This document shows, piece after piece, positions 51,428-62,794 of a DNA stretch of 64,000 bases. Position 1 is the first letter of the stretch, and each line of letters begins with the position of its first letter. Below the pieces are notes generated by a model. The model did not search any database. It saw only the letters and a list, made by a program, of their open reading frames with translations, and had not been told where the DNA came from. Origin of the DNA: Schizochytrium sp. TIO01 (Eukaryota; Protista; Bigyra: Labyrinthulomycetes); NCBI GenBank assembly GCA_004764695.1, contig SMSO01000031.1, positions 5,748,761-5,812,760 of the forward strand. The letters run 5' to 3'. Position numbers and translations under genes: made by a program.

Positions 51428-52498
51428 TTGGTGTGACTAGCGCTACCTGGACCTAGCTATTACTCATAAGTAGGTAAGTGTTCACAGTACAACCTTGGCT
51501 CGCAGCGGAATCGAGATCAATTCGAGTTGAGTCGATGCGGCAGAGACAGCGGTTTCAAGCTTGCGCCGGCTCATTCAGGGCTCAAGAGGTCGCGTTTTCA
51601 ATGGGATATTGTAACCTTTCCACTCTTTCCAAGGTCCGCCCGCAAAAATCAAACAGCCAACGGCAATTCCAGTGAAAACAAAACGAATGCAGCTAGCTGT
51701 CCTCGTTTCATGATCTTCTCTATTTTTAAAGCTTAGTTTGCTTGACTTTTATTAGCCCAGCGCTGGAACCATAGTCTTTCTTTGTTCGAGCTGCTTTCCC
51801 TGTTTTTCAAGCTGCTCTCAGCTCAGAGAGAACGGCTCAGGGAAAGGACTTCGAGGCCTCCCAACGCTGCTTTGGGGGGGTGCTTTTGTTTGCTCAAGAT
51901 TACCGCTTTTCACATTTGATGTAGAGGTACCTAGTATCCTCTCCATTTTGAAGAATAATAACAACAATAATAAAAACGGGGTACCAGTAGTAATCTCACT
52001 CTCTCTTATTCTGTATGTAATAGAATGAAAATACTTTATATAATCTTATAATCTTATTTTTAAACGCGCAATGCGATCCAAGATTATACAAAGAGCCTTT
52101 TAGTGATAACTTATTGATTAAACTTTGATTTTAATGTATATGCATATCTATAAACAAGAATAACAAAACACGATTTTATGCGTGGTTGCTTTATTTATTC
52201 TCTTAGAAAAGGCAACTTGAACAAGAACTTGAAGTTGAAGGAGGCCACCGTTGAGGATCGAGAACGAGCGATCGATAATGCCGTCGCAATGTGCTTGCGT
52301 TCGGCTTCTTCCGCCGCGCCAGACAGCTTACGGACTGTGGTTCAGGCCTTCGCTCAACTTTCGAAGTTTCGACAAGTTTGAACTGCCTCGAAAAGAGAAG
52401 GGCCATCCCTTCGTCCTTCATATTTAGCCAAAGCTGATAACGCTGCCTAGCGCACTCTTAGCCTGCTTCCGTTCTGTACATGACCAATTTTTGAATTT

Positions 52499-52500
52499 GA

Positions 52501-52532
<32 letters not shown>

Positions 52533-52533
52533 A
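52499..52533. repeat. (GAAA)n microsatellite
   Basis: Direct reading. Confidence 0.92.
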
Positions 52534-52795
52534 TGAAATGAAAAGAGTATTCAAGTAACGCGGATTACTGTATTTGCAGGAACTGTTACAATCACTGTCG
52601 TTGTTTCGATAGCAACAGTAAGTAAGAACGAGTGGCCGAATAGACAGATCGACGACGCCTGCCGAGACTCTCGGGAGGCTCCCTGCCCGCAGCCCGGCGT
52701 GCTGCGGGCCTTTCCGGGGTGCTTCCTGCGGAATTGCCTAACGGGCTGCTAGCAGTAGCCGGGGAGGGCTACTCAGTCACCTGCCTACTGGTACG

Positions 52796-52798
<3 letters not shown>

Positions 52799-52838
<40 letters not shown>
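52799..52838. repeat. (AG)n microsatellite
   Basis: Direct reading. Confidence 0.95.
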
Positions 52839-52841
<3 letters not shown>

Positions 52842-54000
52842 AGCCCTCAGAGCCAGAGCTGCTAAGAAGCTGATCCTGATATGCGCTGCCTTCTCTCTGC
52901 ACGTTCTGAGCCTTTTGCGAAGCCTGTCGCTGGTTTCTGCGATTTCGTATGCATGTGTATGTATGTTTAAAATTTTAAAATTTTAAAGATCAAATAAAAT
53001 TGTGTTTTGTTTTAGGAGCTCGAGTCTTGGAAACCTCAAGAGTTTTCAAAGTTGGCCCATCTATCTTGAGCAAAGAAGGCCCTCCATCATAATGCTCTGA
53101 AGCTGCTCGCCTGCTTGCTTGCTTGAGGCGCCTGCTTTGCGGACATCGAGAGATGGGGACGATGGATGACGAGGACTGCGATTTAAATTTCTGGCGGCGA
53201 GCAGTGAAGCTTCCAAAGCGCGCAGCTTTTACTCTCACGCGTGGAACAAAAGCTTCGCTTCTTGGAAATTCGCGCTAGCAGTCGCTATGTGGCGCCTATG
53301 CAGGGAGCGAAGGAGATGAACGAGAAGAATGGAAGAGAGGATTTCTGCTCTATTCTGCTTATTCTGATTATTCTATTTTTTATTTTTTATTTTTCACGCT
53401 GCCCTCTTCTATTTAAGAGTTTTCTCCTCTTTTCGCTGCAAAGTCCACAGGATGAAAGAAAAGAAAGCAATTGAAACATTTTGAGTCCTCAGCTGAGAAC
53501 GAACGGGCAATTGAAGAGCATAAAGCTGCAGGCTTGGCCGCTAAACTTTATGATTGTCGTCCGCTTCGGATTTTCGGGACACTGCTCTCAGGAGCGGCTG
53601 AGGCAGAAGCGGCGTCTCCCTGCTCTCCCGCCGGAGCAAAGAGGATAAGTTTGGGCAAGGATGGATGAAATGGACGAGGCATGCTGAGATGATGAGTATG
53701 TAGTTTGGCGCTGGTTTTCATTCTCCACTTTCAGACTGTCTGCTCTTGAACATGTTTTTTTAAGTTTTTGTTTTATTTACCTACTACTTTTTGGCGGAGG
53801 TGTTTTTTGTTCTTCAAGTTGTTGTTGTTGTTGTTGTTTGTTTATTTATTTTTTTAGTTATTTTAATTTTAAAATCGATACCAATAATAATTTATAATAA
53901 ACTTTGCCTTTTAAAGAAGTGCAACGATGGATATGTTGAACGACGGCAAGAAGAGGAAGAACTCGTGCTTTCATGCCCTTTTCGGATATTTCGTGAACTT

Positions 54001-54100
54001 TGATTGGTTGGTTGATTGGTTGGATGGATGGATGGATGGATGGATGGTACCGATAGATAGATTGATGATTAGTTGGTTGATTGATTATTGATTGATTCAC
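54001..54100. repeat. Compound (GGTT)/(GGAT)/(GATT) microsatellite
   Basis: Direct reading. Confidence 0.85.
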
Positions 54101-54806
54101 TGATTGACTATGTGGTCAACTTTATTCTCTTGTGAAAGTCTCTCTGCCTTGAGTTAACTCAGCAACTCTCACCCTAGAGGTAAAGCATAGCTGAAGGAAG
54201 GACGGGACGGCAATGGAAGGAAAAGCTTGGTTTTCGATTTTTCATTGTATTTATACCGCCTTTGCCTTTCTTTCCAAAAGTTTGTTTTTATTGGGAAGTT
54301 GACTCGGAAGAAAACTAATGTTTAAATTGATTTTTGCTTTTTTAATGTGTTTTTTTTTTAATTTTAAAAAATAGCCTATAAAATGAGGAAGAAGAGAAAG
54401 GTGGAAGGTGGAAAAGACCGAATGATATCAGTGAGGAGGAATAGTAGTAATGGATAGATGGATACAAAGTAAAGAGAACAAGAGGACCTGAAGCAGAATT
54501 CTTTCATTTAAACTTTCAATAAGAGGTCTTAGAATTTAATAAGCGTAAATAAGGGCGTTGGCATTGAAGCTAGTATAGTAGAGTACCTGCTCGCAGACCG
54601 CACGATTGGCCAGGCCCATTCGGAAAGCAGACCCCAAACGGGCCGAGCAAGATCGTGAGCGCTTGCGCCAAGCAAGTTCGCTTACGACGAACACATATAA
54701 ATCTATAGACTGATCAACCAGTTCGGATCGGCTTGCCGAGTGTAAGACTTCTTCATTTGGTCTGGCGTAGTCTTGCTGGTTTCATTCACAAAACCCCCCA
54801 AGCAAG

Positions 54807-56741
54807 ATGAATTTCTCGTTGAAAATCCGCGACACTGTCATCATCCCGCCCATTAAGGACTGCATTCCTTATGCGATGATTCGCCGTGGTGATTGGAACG
54901 GCTTCGCACAGCTGTTTTTTGATAACGTTGGCACAATGCTTGCTCTTATTGCCGGTCTCAACAGCGTGCTCACCGGCTTCAGCAACTCCACCCTCACATA
55001 CTACATGGAGAACGCTTCGGAGCTCGATCCTTTCTCCGACACTGTAAATGATATCATCTACCGTCGCATCATCGCAGGATTTGGTTTCTCCACATTCTGT
55101 GGTAACATCTTCTATGCCTTACAGTGCATTCGTACCAGTACCCTCAAGGGCTACCAGGCCACTGCCATCCCTTACGGTATTAACACCCCGGGTTCATATG
55201 CCGTGCTTTACACAATTATCTCCGGAACCGTGTCCCGAGAGTCTGCTTCTTGTATAGAGCTCATTTCTGACACCACCAGCAACCCCTCAAGTGCCTTGCT
55301 CACCGAGTATGCCACATGCTGGAGTAACGCCGCAGATGCCGGCTGGCGTGCAGGTGTTGTGACCAACTTTTGTGTTGGTATCATTTGTTTCTTTCTCTCA
55401 TTTGGTGCTCCCTGGATCATGAAGATTTCTCCCCCCCCTGCTCTCCTTACCTCGCTTTCTGGTGTCGCCATGGCCTACCTCGGTTTGGCTCAGGCCGCTA
55501 ACAGTTACATCGAGCCTATTGCTGGTCTCCTGCCGTTGTTCCTCATCTTCTTCCTCTACTGGGGTGACGTTGATGTTCCCTACTTGCCCAAGGCCGCTGT
55601 TGTTGTCATTACCGGTATGGTGCTTGGCTGGGCTGACGGAGTTCTTACTTCCGCTGATCCTCGCGAGGCTGCTGACCTTGTTCAGTGGTATGGTATGTCT
55701 GCCAGTTTCTATGCCCTTGGCGACTGGAGTACTGTCGGAACCTACATTGGTGCCGTCTTTCCCGTCGCTATCGCTGCCGCTGCCGGTACCCTCATGAACA
55801 ACTTCTCTGCCAAGGTTGCTGGTGATGAGTACAACGTCATGGTCACCATGGCTGCCGACGGATGCGGTACCATTATTGGATCATTCTTTGGATGCCCCTT
55901 CTCCACCTGTGTATACATTGGTCATCCTGCCTATAAGCTAATGGGTGCTGGATCCTTCTACAGCTCCTTCACTGGTGTCATTATCATGTTCCTCTCCTTT
56001 TCAGGTTTGTTTGCGATGATTGAGGCCATTATTCCTCTTCAGGGTGTTGCACCTATTATCTTCTTTGTCGGTATGATGATCTGTGCCGAGGCCGTCGCTG
56101 CCACACCCCCGCGCCAAATGCCTGTTGTCTTCTTTGGTCTCTTCTTCTCCATTTGTGATTGGTGCCTCAGCAACGGCTTTTCCTACGATGACACTGAGAA
56201 CTACTTTGGTTTTGTTGCCATGGCCAATGGTACTCTCCTCAACGCTCTCGTCTCATGCAGTTTGGCATGCTTTATCATCGACCGCAACTACATTTCTGCC
56301 GGTATCTGGGCTGTCTTTGCAGCATTCTTATCTGCCTTCGGTATTATTCACCAGACTGGTGGTACTGTGAAGAACTGGGCCGAGCCCCAGGGTGACTCCT
56401 CCTCAAATGGTTACTGCATCATCGATGAGTCCACAAACAGTGGTGTTTGTTCCACTGACCGCACTGTTGCATGTGTTGCTGGTGGTGATGACTACTGTGG
56501 CTGGATGCCCACTCTCAAGTGGCGTTTCATGGTTGCTTACATTATGATTGCTTGCATTTGTGCCCTATTCCATGTGCTTCAGCGTTTCGGCTTCATCAAG
56601 CCCACCATCGCCGACGAGGAGGATGCAGAGGAACTTGCTGAGGCTGGCGGTAAGGAGCTTATGCGCATGAGCTCTATTGAGTCGGACCCCCAGTACCCTA
56701 CCAGCGTGCAGCCAAAGAGGGTCACCGAGGATGATCTTTAA
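54807..56741 (+). CDS. NCS2/AzgA-like nucleobase (xanthine/uracil-type) permease
   Basis: Multi-pass hydrophobic 644 aa protein with GDWNGFAQLFFDN, TAIPYGINTPG, PPALLTSLSGVA, GCPFSTCVYIGHPAYKLMGA and APIIFFVG, motifs I recognise from prokaryotic NCS2/AzgA-related permeases. Intronless, biased codons. Confidence 0.82.
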   Translation: MNFSLKIRDTVIIPPIKDCIPYAMIRRGDWNGFAQLFFDNVGTMLALIAGLNSVLTGFSNSTLTYYMENASELDPFSDTVNDIIYRRIIAGFGFSTFCGNIFYALQCIRTSTLKGYQATAIPYGINTPGSYAVLYTIISGTVSRESASCIELISDTTSNPSSALLTEYATCWSNAADAGWRAGVVTNFCVGIICFFLSFGAPWIMKISPPPALLTSLSGVAMAYLGLAQAANSYIEPIAGLLPLFLIFFLYWGDVDVPYLPKAAVVVITGMVLGWADGVLTSADPREAADLVQWYGMSASFYALGDWSTVGTYIGAVFPVAIAAAAGTLMNNFSAKVAGDEYNVMVTMAADGCGTIIGSFFGCPFSTCVYIGHPAYKLMGAGSFYSSFTGVIIMFLSFSGLFAMIEAIIPLQGVAPIIFFVGMMICAEAVAATPPRQMPVVFFGLFFSICDWCLSNGFSYDDTENYFGFVAMANGTLLNALVSCSLACFIIDRNYISAGIWAVFAAFLSAFGIIHQTGGTVKNWAEPQGDSSSNGYCIIDESTNSGVCSTDRTVACVAGGDDYCGWMPTLKWRFMVAYIMIACICALFHVLQRFGFIKPTIADEEDAEELAEAGGKELMRMSSIESDPQYPTSVQPKRVTEDDL

Positions 56742-59700
56742 ATTTGTCCTCATCCATCCTGCCTCCTGTTTCAGTGTTGTTGTCTTTATCTTTTCCTTTG
56801 CATCATGTCGTGATCTTCAGAAAAACAAACAAAAAAACACGTTTCCGTTCTGCTGATGCAAGGTCAATATTACCTCTTTTTCCTTTGCCGTTTCAATCTA
56901 TACTCTTCTTCTGCTCAAACCAACGTTTGTAAAGCACATTTACGTGGTTAAGCCAAATTTGTTGTCTTTCTCTATATTCTTTTCAGCTTCTTTTCTCAAG
57001 TGTCTGAATGACCAAGTTGATTCAATGAATACGTTTATCCATGTGTTTATCTTCTTCCTCTTGTACATATGTCGAGATAAGATTTTCTTTACCTCATGGT
57101 GGTTTTGCTTGGTTTATTAGTAACATTAATTGCTGACAAGTGGAAGCAGCACGATGATTTTATGAGAACCACAGTTACTAATATGTTGATAAAATTTAAA
57201 ATTAGAGCTTTCAGATCAGACAACTAGATAGATTAATGCGATTATGTATATCGATACTAGATATAGTAAAAGATATCATCACTACGAAGTCGTCATCAAA
57301 TGAACACCTACTATTATTTCTGTGTAAGGGCGCATACCAGATGATTTGAATGTGTAGGATTTGGAAGAAGATGCAAACTGATGAAAATAAGTATTATGTA
57401 AAATATTTTACACAACCTCAATTTCCTTCCGCCTGTGCAAAATGATGCACACACCATATATACCACTTGGTTTGATTACAATATGCCATCTTAGAAAAGG
57501 AAATCTTATAGAAGATGAGTTACTAGGTAACACTTGCTCAAACTACTGCGATATCCAATAAGCCCTGCAGAATTAGGTGTCACCAAGGGTTAGGGCGTGG
57601 TTCTATGGTCCTGTGGTTCTGAAGTCAAGAACTCCAAGAATAGAAAACGTGAATATGTGTGAAGTAGACTATGCATGGTGAAATGTAAAGCGAACCTGAG
57701 ATAATTACCCTTTCCAAATATACAGAATATAGCCTCCTAATTGCAACATGAATTACTCTAACTTGATGTAAAATTGCAAGTACCCCAGATCGCTAATTTT
57801 GAAAGCCAAAATGTACGATGCCTTCTTCGTGCCTTCTTCGAGCCCCTTACCTTTTCAACCTCTCGCAGACCAGATCAACATTTTAGCAGGTAAGTTAAAA
57901 TAATGAATTTTATTTGCTGTTTCTATTTTTGCAATGATACTTACTTACTACATCGAATGATTCTATACTTATTAAAGCCTAGTAGCTACAATATAAGACA
58001 TTATCTAGATTATACTGTAAAAAGATGAGATGCCTTCATAGAGTACCAATTGGTAGACCTTTTCCTCTTCCTTGTATGTATAATCAGGTGGTCCTTTAGT
58101 TGAGTGCTGAGATAACAATTCTTAGAGAAAGTGGATATAAAATTGCTAAAGTCCTACAGACCGGTTATGAGACTCGTACTTACTTGCAACATCAAAAGAT
58201 GCCCTCGCATAAAATCTGATGGCTCACAAGCCTCAAAGACAGAAGTGTAAATCAATATTTAATTAGTCCCTAGATTGCAAATAAATGAAATTAGATACAA
58301 TGATTGAAGGCCCGTTAGAACCTCAAGATGATGCTGATACTAATGACTAAATATTTCCATGAAGCTTCGTATAACTATAATGAGTGTAAGACTTGGAATA
58401 ATGAATCAACGTCAGCAGGTTGATCACTCATAGGTCGTACTTAGTCTTGATACATCACTGTACTCAACCTCTATATCTTATTTGATTTGTGATTTGGTCA
58501 TTCTCCTAGTCGAAAAGTATCAACTAGCATTAGTGAAGTTATCCTGTTTTACAAACACCGAAACATATGTATGTCCTACAGCCTTCTGCATCCAGTATAT
58601 GTGTACAACCTTGGGCTTCAGGGATGAAGAGTCCACAACGAAAACACCTATCATTCCGTATGCGCTTCCCAGAGTTAATCACATTCTGTTCTGATCTTTA
58701 TTAATTTATGTTCCGTGAGTGGTTCGCTTCTTAATTATTAACTTCAGAGCTGAATCCATCTCAATTCGCAATAGACAATTCATTTACCATAAACTATATG
58801 CTTTCCTCAATCACTTTGCTTTCACGAAACAGCTGCTTCAAAAGGCTGCTATAATAATGTTTTGTCGTGTGGATTTTCCCGCAGAGTTGTCTCCTTTGCA
58901 TTCCTAAATGATCAGCATAAGTTTAACACTTACTGACACGATTACTGAGATCACCAATCGAACAATCATGTGGGCGAGATATGTGCAGAGTCTTTATCAC
59001 AAGTCTACAAGTGCTAAAGCATGAACATATGATTAGTACTACACGATCAGATACGCATGTGTGCACCCAAGGGCCTCGGAAGCTGAGAGCAGCACTGCAG
59101 ATTCAGCAGAGTGTGCGAGAGTAACAACTGAATTTGTGGTTCCGAATTTGCTTTTTACTAATTCATTCTGTTAAGCATTGTACAAATCAAACCTGTCCTA
59201 GTTGACTACAAATTGTGAATCAGTCCACCTTAGTATTCATATTCAAAGTCAGCAGAACACTAATTATAGAAACCTAAGCATGCAATGCTCTCTTAGGCTT
59301 TCATCATGCTTCTTCTCATCTCAAGAATATTGCCTTCGTTCTTCCATTTGGCATCCCACTGACCAAACTTTGATCGGCTTTTACCAAGATTTTTCAAAAG
59401 TCATTTGTTGACCGTTGAAAGCTGCAATAACTGTTTGTACACCTACGCTCTGCTCTTTGCTTTCTTGAAACATACACATGGAGCCACCAGAAAATCGTAC
59501 AGAGTTGCTCTAACAATGAGTAGACACTAAATTATTGAATATTAATGTTAGGTACCTCCACTTGTTTCTGTTTCTATTTCATGCTCAAACATTCTCTAAA
59601 TTCCAATCAAATGAAATCAAAACAAGTTTTTAAGATCAGTTGGAACTCGAACCTCAAATGCTATCATCAAGTCATGACTAGATCCATGATGTTTCGTATT

Positions 59701-62096
59701 CACTGTAATTATTGTGTAGCATGAAGGATAGCAGGTATCTAGCGCATAAGTTAAAAAAAAATAGCCTTCCTATTTTACTCGAGTCCTATATCTTCATAGG
59801 TCTTGTGTGAGATGTAGCAAACCTCAGATGACTGGGAGATATTGATTCGCAGAAAAAACAAATTATCCAGTAAGCATATCTGAGCAAAGCCCTTTTCATC
59901 TCACCCATACCGTCATCGAAGCTGGTCAATTTTCCAGTCTCTGGCAACAAACTAATCCAGAACCGATTCAAACTGACTCTTAGATTGATATTACTTAAAG
60001 TCGAGTTCTTTCAAAGCAGGGATTGACTGTGGAAGATTAATATTACAGTTTAAAGTAAAAAGACTTAAGAAAAAGAGGAAGATGAAACACGTACGAATCA
60101 GAGATCTACTAGAATTATTGTTTAATTCCAGAGGTTAGTATAAATCCAACTATGTGTATGATTCATTATGAAGCCGTCATGTTTCGGAATACTATAATGA
60201 GTTAGGTTACCATGTAGATCCTTAACTATTAGTTTGGGTTTCGTCTAGCTGCATATTCGATCACTACGGATGTGTGTCACACACATTCCTAGTGTTGCTA
60301 AGTATCTTCATTCTCTCTTTAAGCATTTCTAAGTGCCCCAGGATTCGTAGAAGATTATCAACGTCTCTTATCAAATTAAATTTGCATATGGCTTCGACTT
60401 TTGATATCAGCATATTGAGAAATGGCACTCTATGATCAGTATATTATAAATGCCTGAATGTATTAGTCATTGTCTCAACATGTTTGCCAACCTGCAACGC
60501 GGAAAAACATTTGAATCTGTTCTTCTAGGGTATACTAAACTATTGCACTTCATCGTTTTGCGTCCCAACGGGTTATGTAGTAAGCATGCAGACCGCCAAG
60601 GCCTTCTCTGTGACCAATCACCTGAGCATTCAAGACTTTGATCAGAATAGACTCCAGGTGGGAAGTATGACAATAGGGAACACACAACATTTTGTTCTTG
60701 CAGCAGAGTCGGAAACATAAAATAAATAAAGTATATTTACCTTGACTGTAGAATACAATAGACATTCATTGAACTGTGCCATAGATAGAGCGATGTCTAA
60801 GGAAATGGATCAATTCGTGACATTCCACGCGCATGTTTTATCTTACAAAAATTGCCAAGGAACCTTTTTCTTGGTATGCATGGAAATGAACAACCTTCAA
60901 ATATCTTGGCCATATTTTTGTGTTTTAACGAATACTATCTTTAAAGCTTCCTGCACTGTTATAGCAGATTACCTTAAAAACCTGGTTGACCTTGAGGTTT
61001 GGTAAAAAACCGAGAACTTGCAACTTGAATAGCAGCACAACTGTATCCTATTATCCTACTCATCTCTCATCGTTTTCAGTTATACATTGCCAAAGGTTTC
61101 ATCAGCAGAGATTGCGGAGATTCTACGCATGCGCATGCATTGTTTTAATTTGGAAATAGTAACGTCTACAAGTCAGTCGAATTCGTAGTCCCAATCGCTA
61201 AAATGTAACATCAATGCGAATTAAGTCAGTGATACTGTTCTATTTTTGTAGTCGTATTGGCCCCTAGTTAATATAACAAGAGTCCCGGTGTCATGTTGTT
61301 CTAGCAGGTGGTAAAGTATTGGCACCAGCACGGAAATGAAACAAATCAAGCCATACACGAATAATTGGCTGGAGGAGCGAAACTGTTTTAGCCTATTAAG
61401 TATACCAGTACTACCAGGATCTACAATTCCTCCTACTAATTAGCTGCACTTCTGCTGTCCATAGTAAAGCCTCTGTCCGCACTTTCTTCGTTCTGGAGCG
61501 CGAACTTCGAGGTGCATCGATAGTACAATAGCCCTACCATAAACCATAGTATTTGGTTGATGGCCTCACTTTGCCCACTTTCTCCGCGACAGAGCTTCCT
61601 GCTCCATCATGAATAAATCATCTTCGCTGCCTCACGCTCGATGGGAGTCTTTGGCCTGGTGAGATCTACGCCCCATATCATCACGCTTCCCGCGCGTACA
61701 TCCTGTCGCCTCAATCGCTCGCTGGAAATCCTTCGGAGACCACGTTTCTTTTCTGATTCACTCCCTCAATTTGACATTCCATTTTGTTTCCCCTCAAGAT
61801 TCACGACATGGTGGGACAACCTCCATGAGTCCTCCACAAGGTTCAGATATTCATAGCTATCCCCACTCTCCCTATCATCTATTGATATGTATTGGTAGCA
61901 AACAAGGAGTATCAGGTAATACTGGAGGATCACATAAAGGTATCATATGATAACGATACTGTAAGCGTCCGCTCACCCTCCCTGGTGGCGTAGCCAATTA
62001 GCTAGGTAGAACCGTACCAGCGGGTTTGAAAGTTGGAAGAACCCGAAACGATCATAGTTCGCAAGTTTTGTTCTGTCCACAAAAGTAGAAGACCAA

Positions 62097-62151
62097 GTTG
62101 AAGTTGAAGTTGAAGTTGAAGTTGAAGTCCAAATTGAAGACCAAGTTGAAG
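62097..62151. repeat. (GTTGAA)n hexamer repeat upstream of the amino acid transporter
   Basis: Direct reading: five tandem units followed by degenerate copies. Confidence 0.85.
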
Positions 62152-62794
62152 CTGGCTTGCTGAGAGAAGAGGCTAGAGGGCCAAGGCGAGACAAGGCAGC
62201 TCGATTCGACACGGGCTGCAGCGCAGGCGAAGGGTTTGTCCTGGTCTTCAGCACGTGAAAGGTGTGTCTTCACATGCATGCGTGATTTGCTTTGCCCATT
62301 TTATACCTCTTTATAAGTTGTTGCTCATTGCTCGCTCTCAAGCCAAACCAGGATGAGTAATTTATTCTTGAGCGTTTGGAATCGTCACGGCGGCATGCGA
62401 TCGCAATCTTGCGCTCCTTTTCGAATCCAACCGGAGCAGTGAGCAGACTCCGAATCTAAGCCCCATTTTCTATAGCCTCGCAAATTGGGTTGTTCAGAGC
62501 TTACCCTTTCGGTAGCCAATTCTTGACACATTCTCTTCCTTATTTTATTTGAAAATAAACAAATAAATAGATAGTAAATATTTAATGAACTAAAATGGTA
62601 ACACTTGCGAGTAATAATACTATGATTCAATGTCTATTTCAAGAGGAGAATGGGCAGAGACTCAGAGCGATTGGAGATGATTGTTACGGCATGGAAACTA
62701 CATGATGCGATCGTGGAAGGTTTCATACTCCAAGCGACGGAAAACTCTGCTGCGATAGCGACGACTTGCACCTCGGGCCCCGCGTGGCTGAAGT

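Noticed and set aside
56933-62600. AT-rich spacer examined for a decayed transposon or pseudogene
   Set aside because: Only short ORFs, with no RT, integrase or transposase motifs and no terminal repeats seen.
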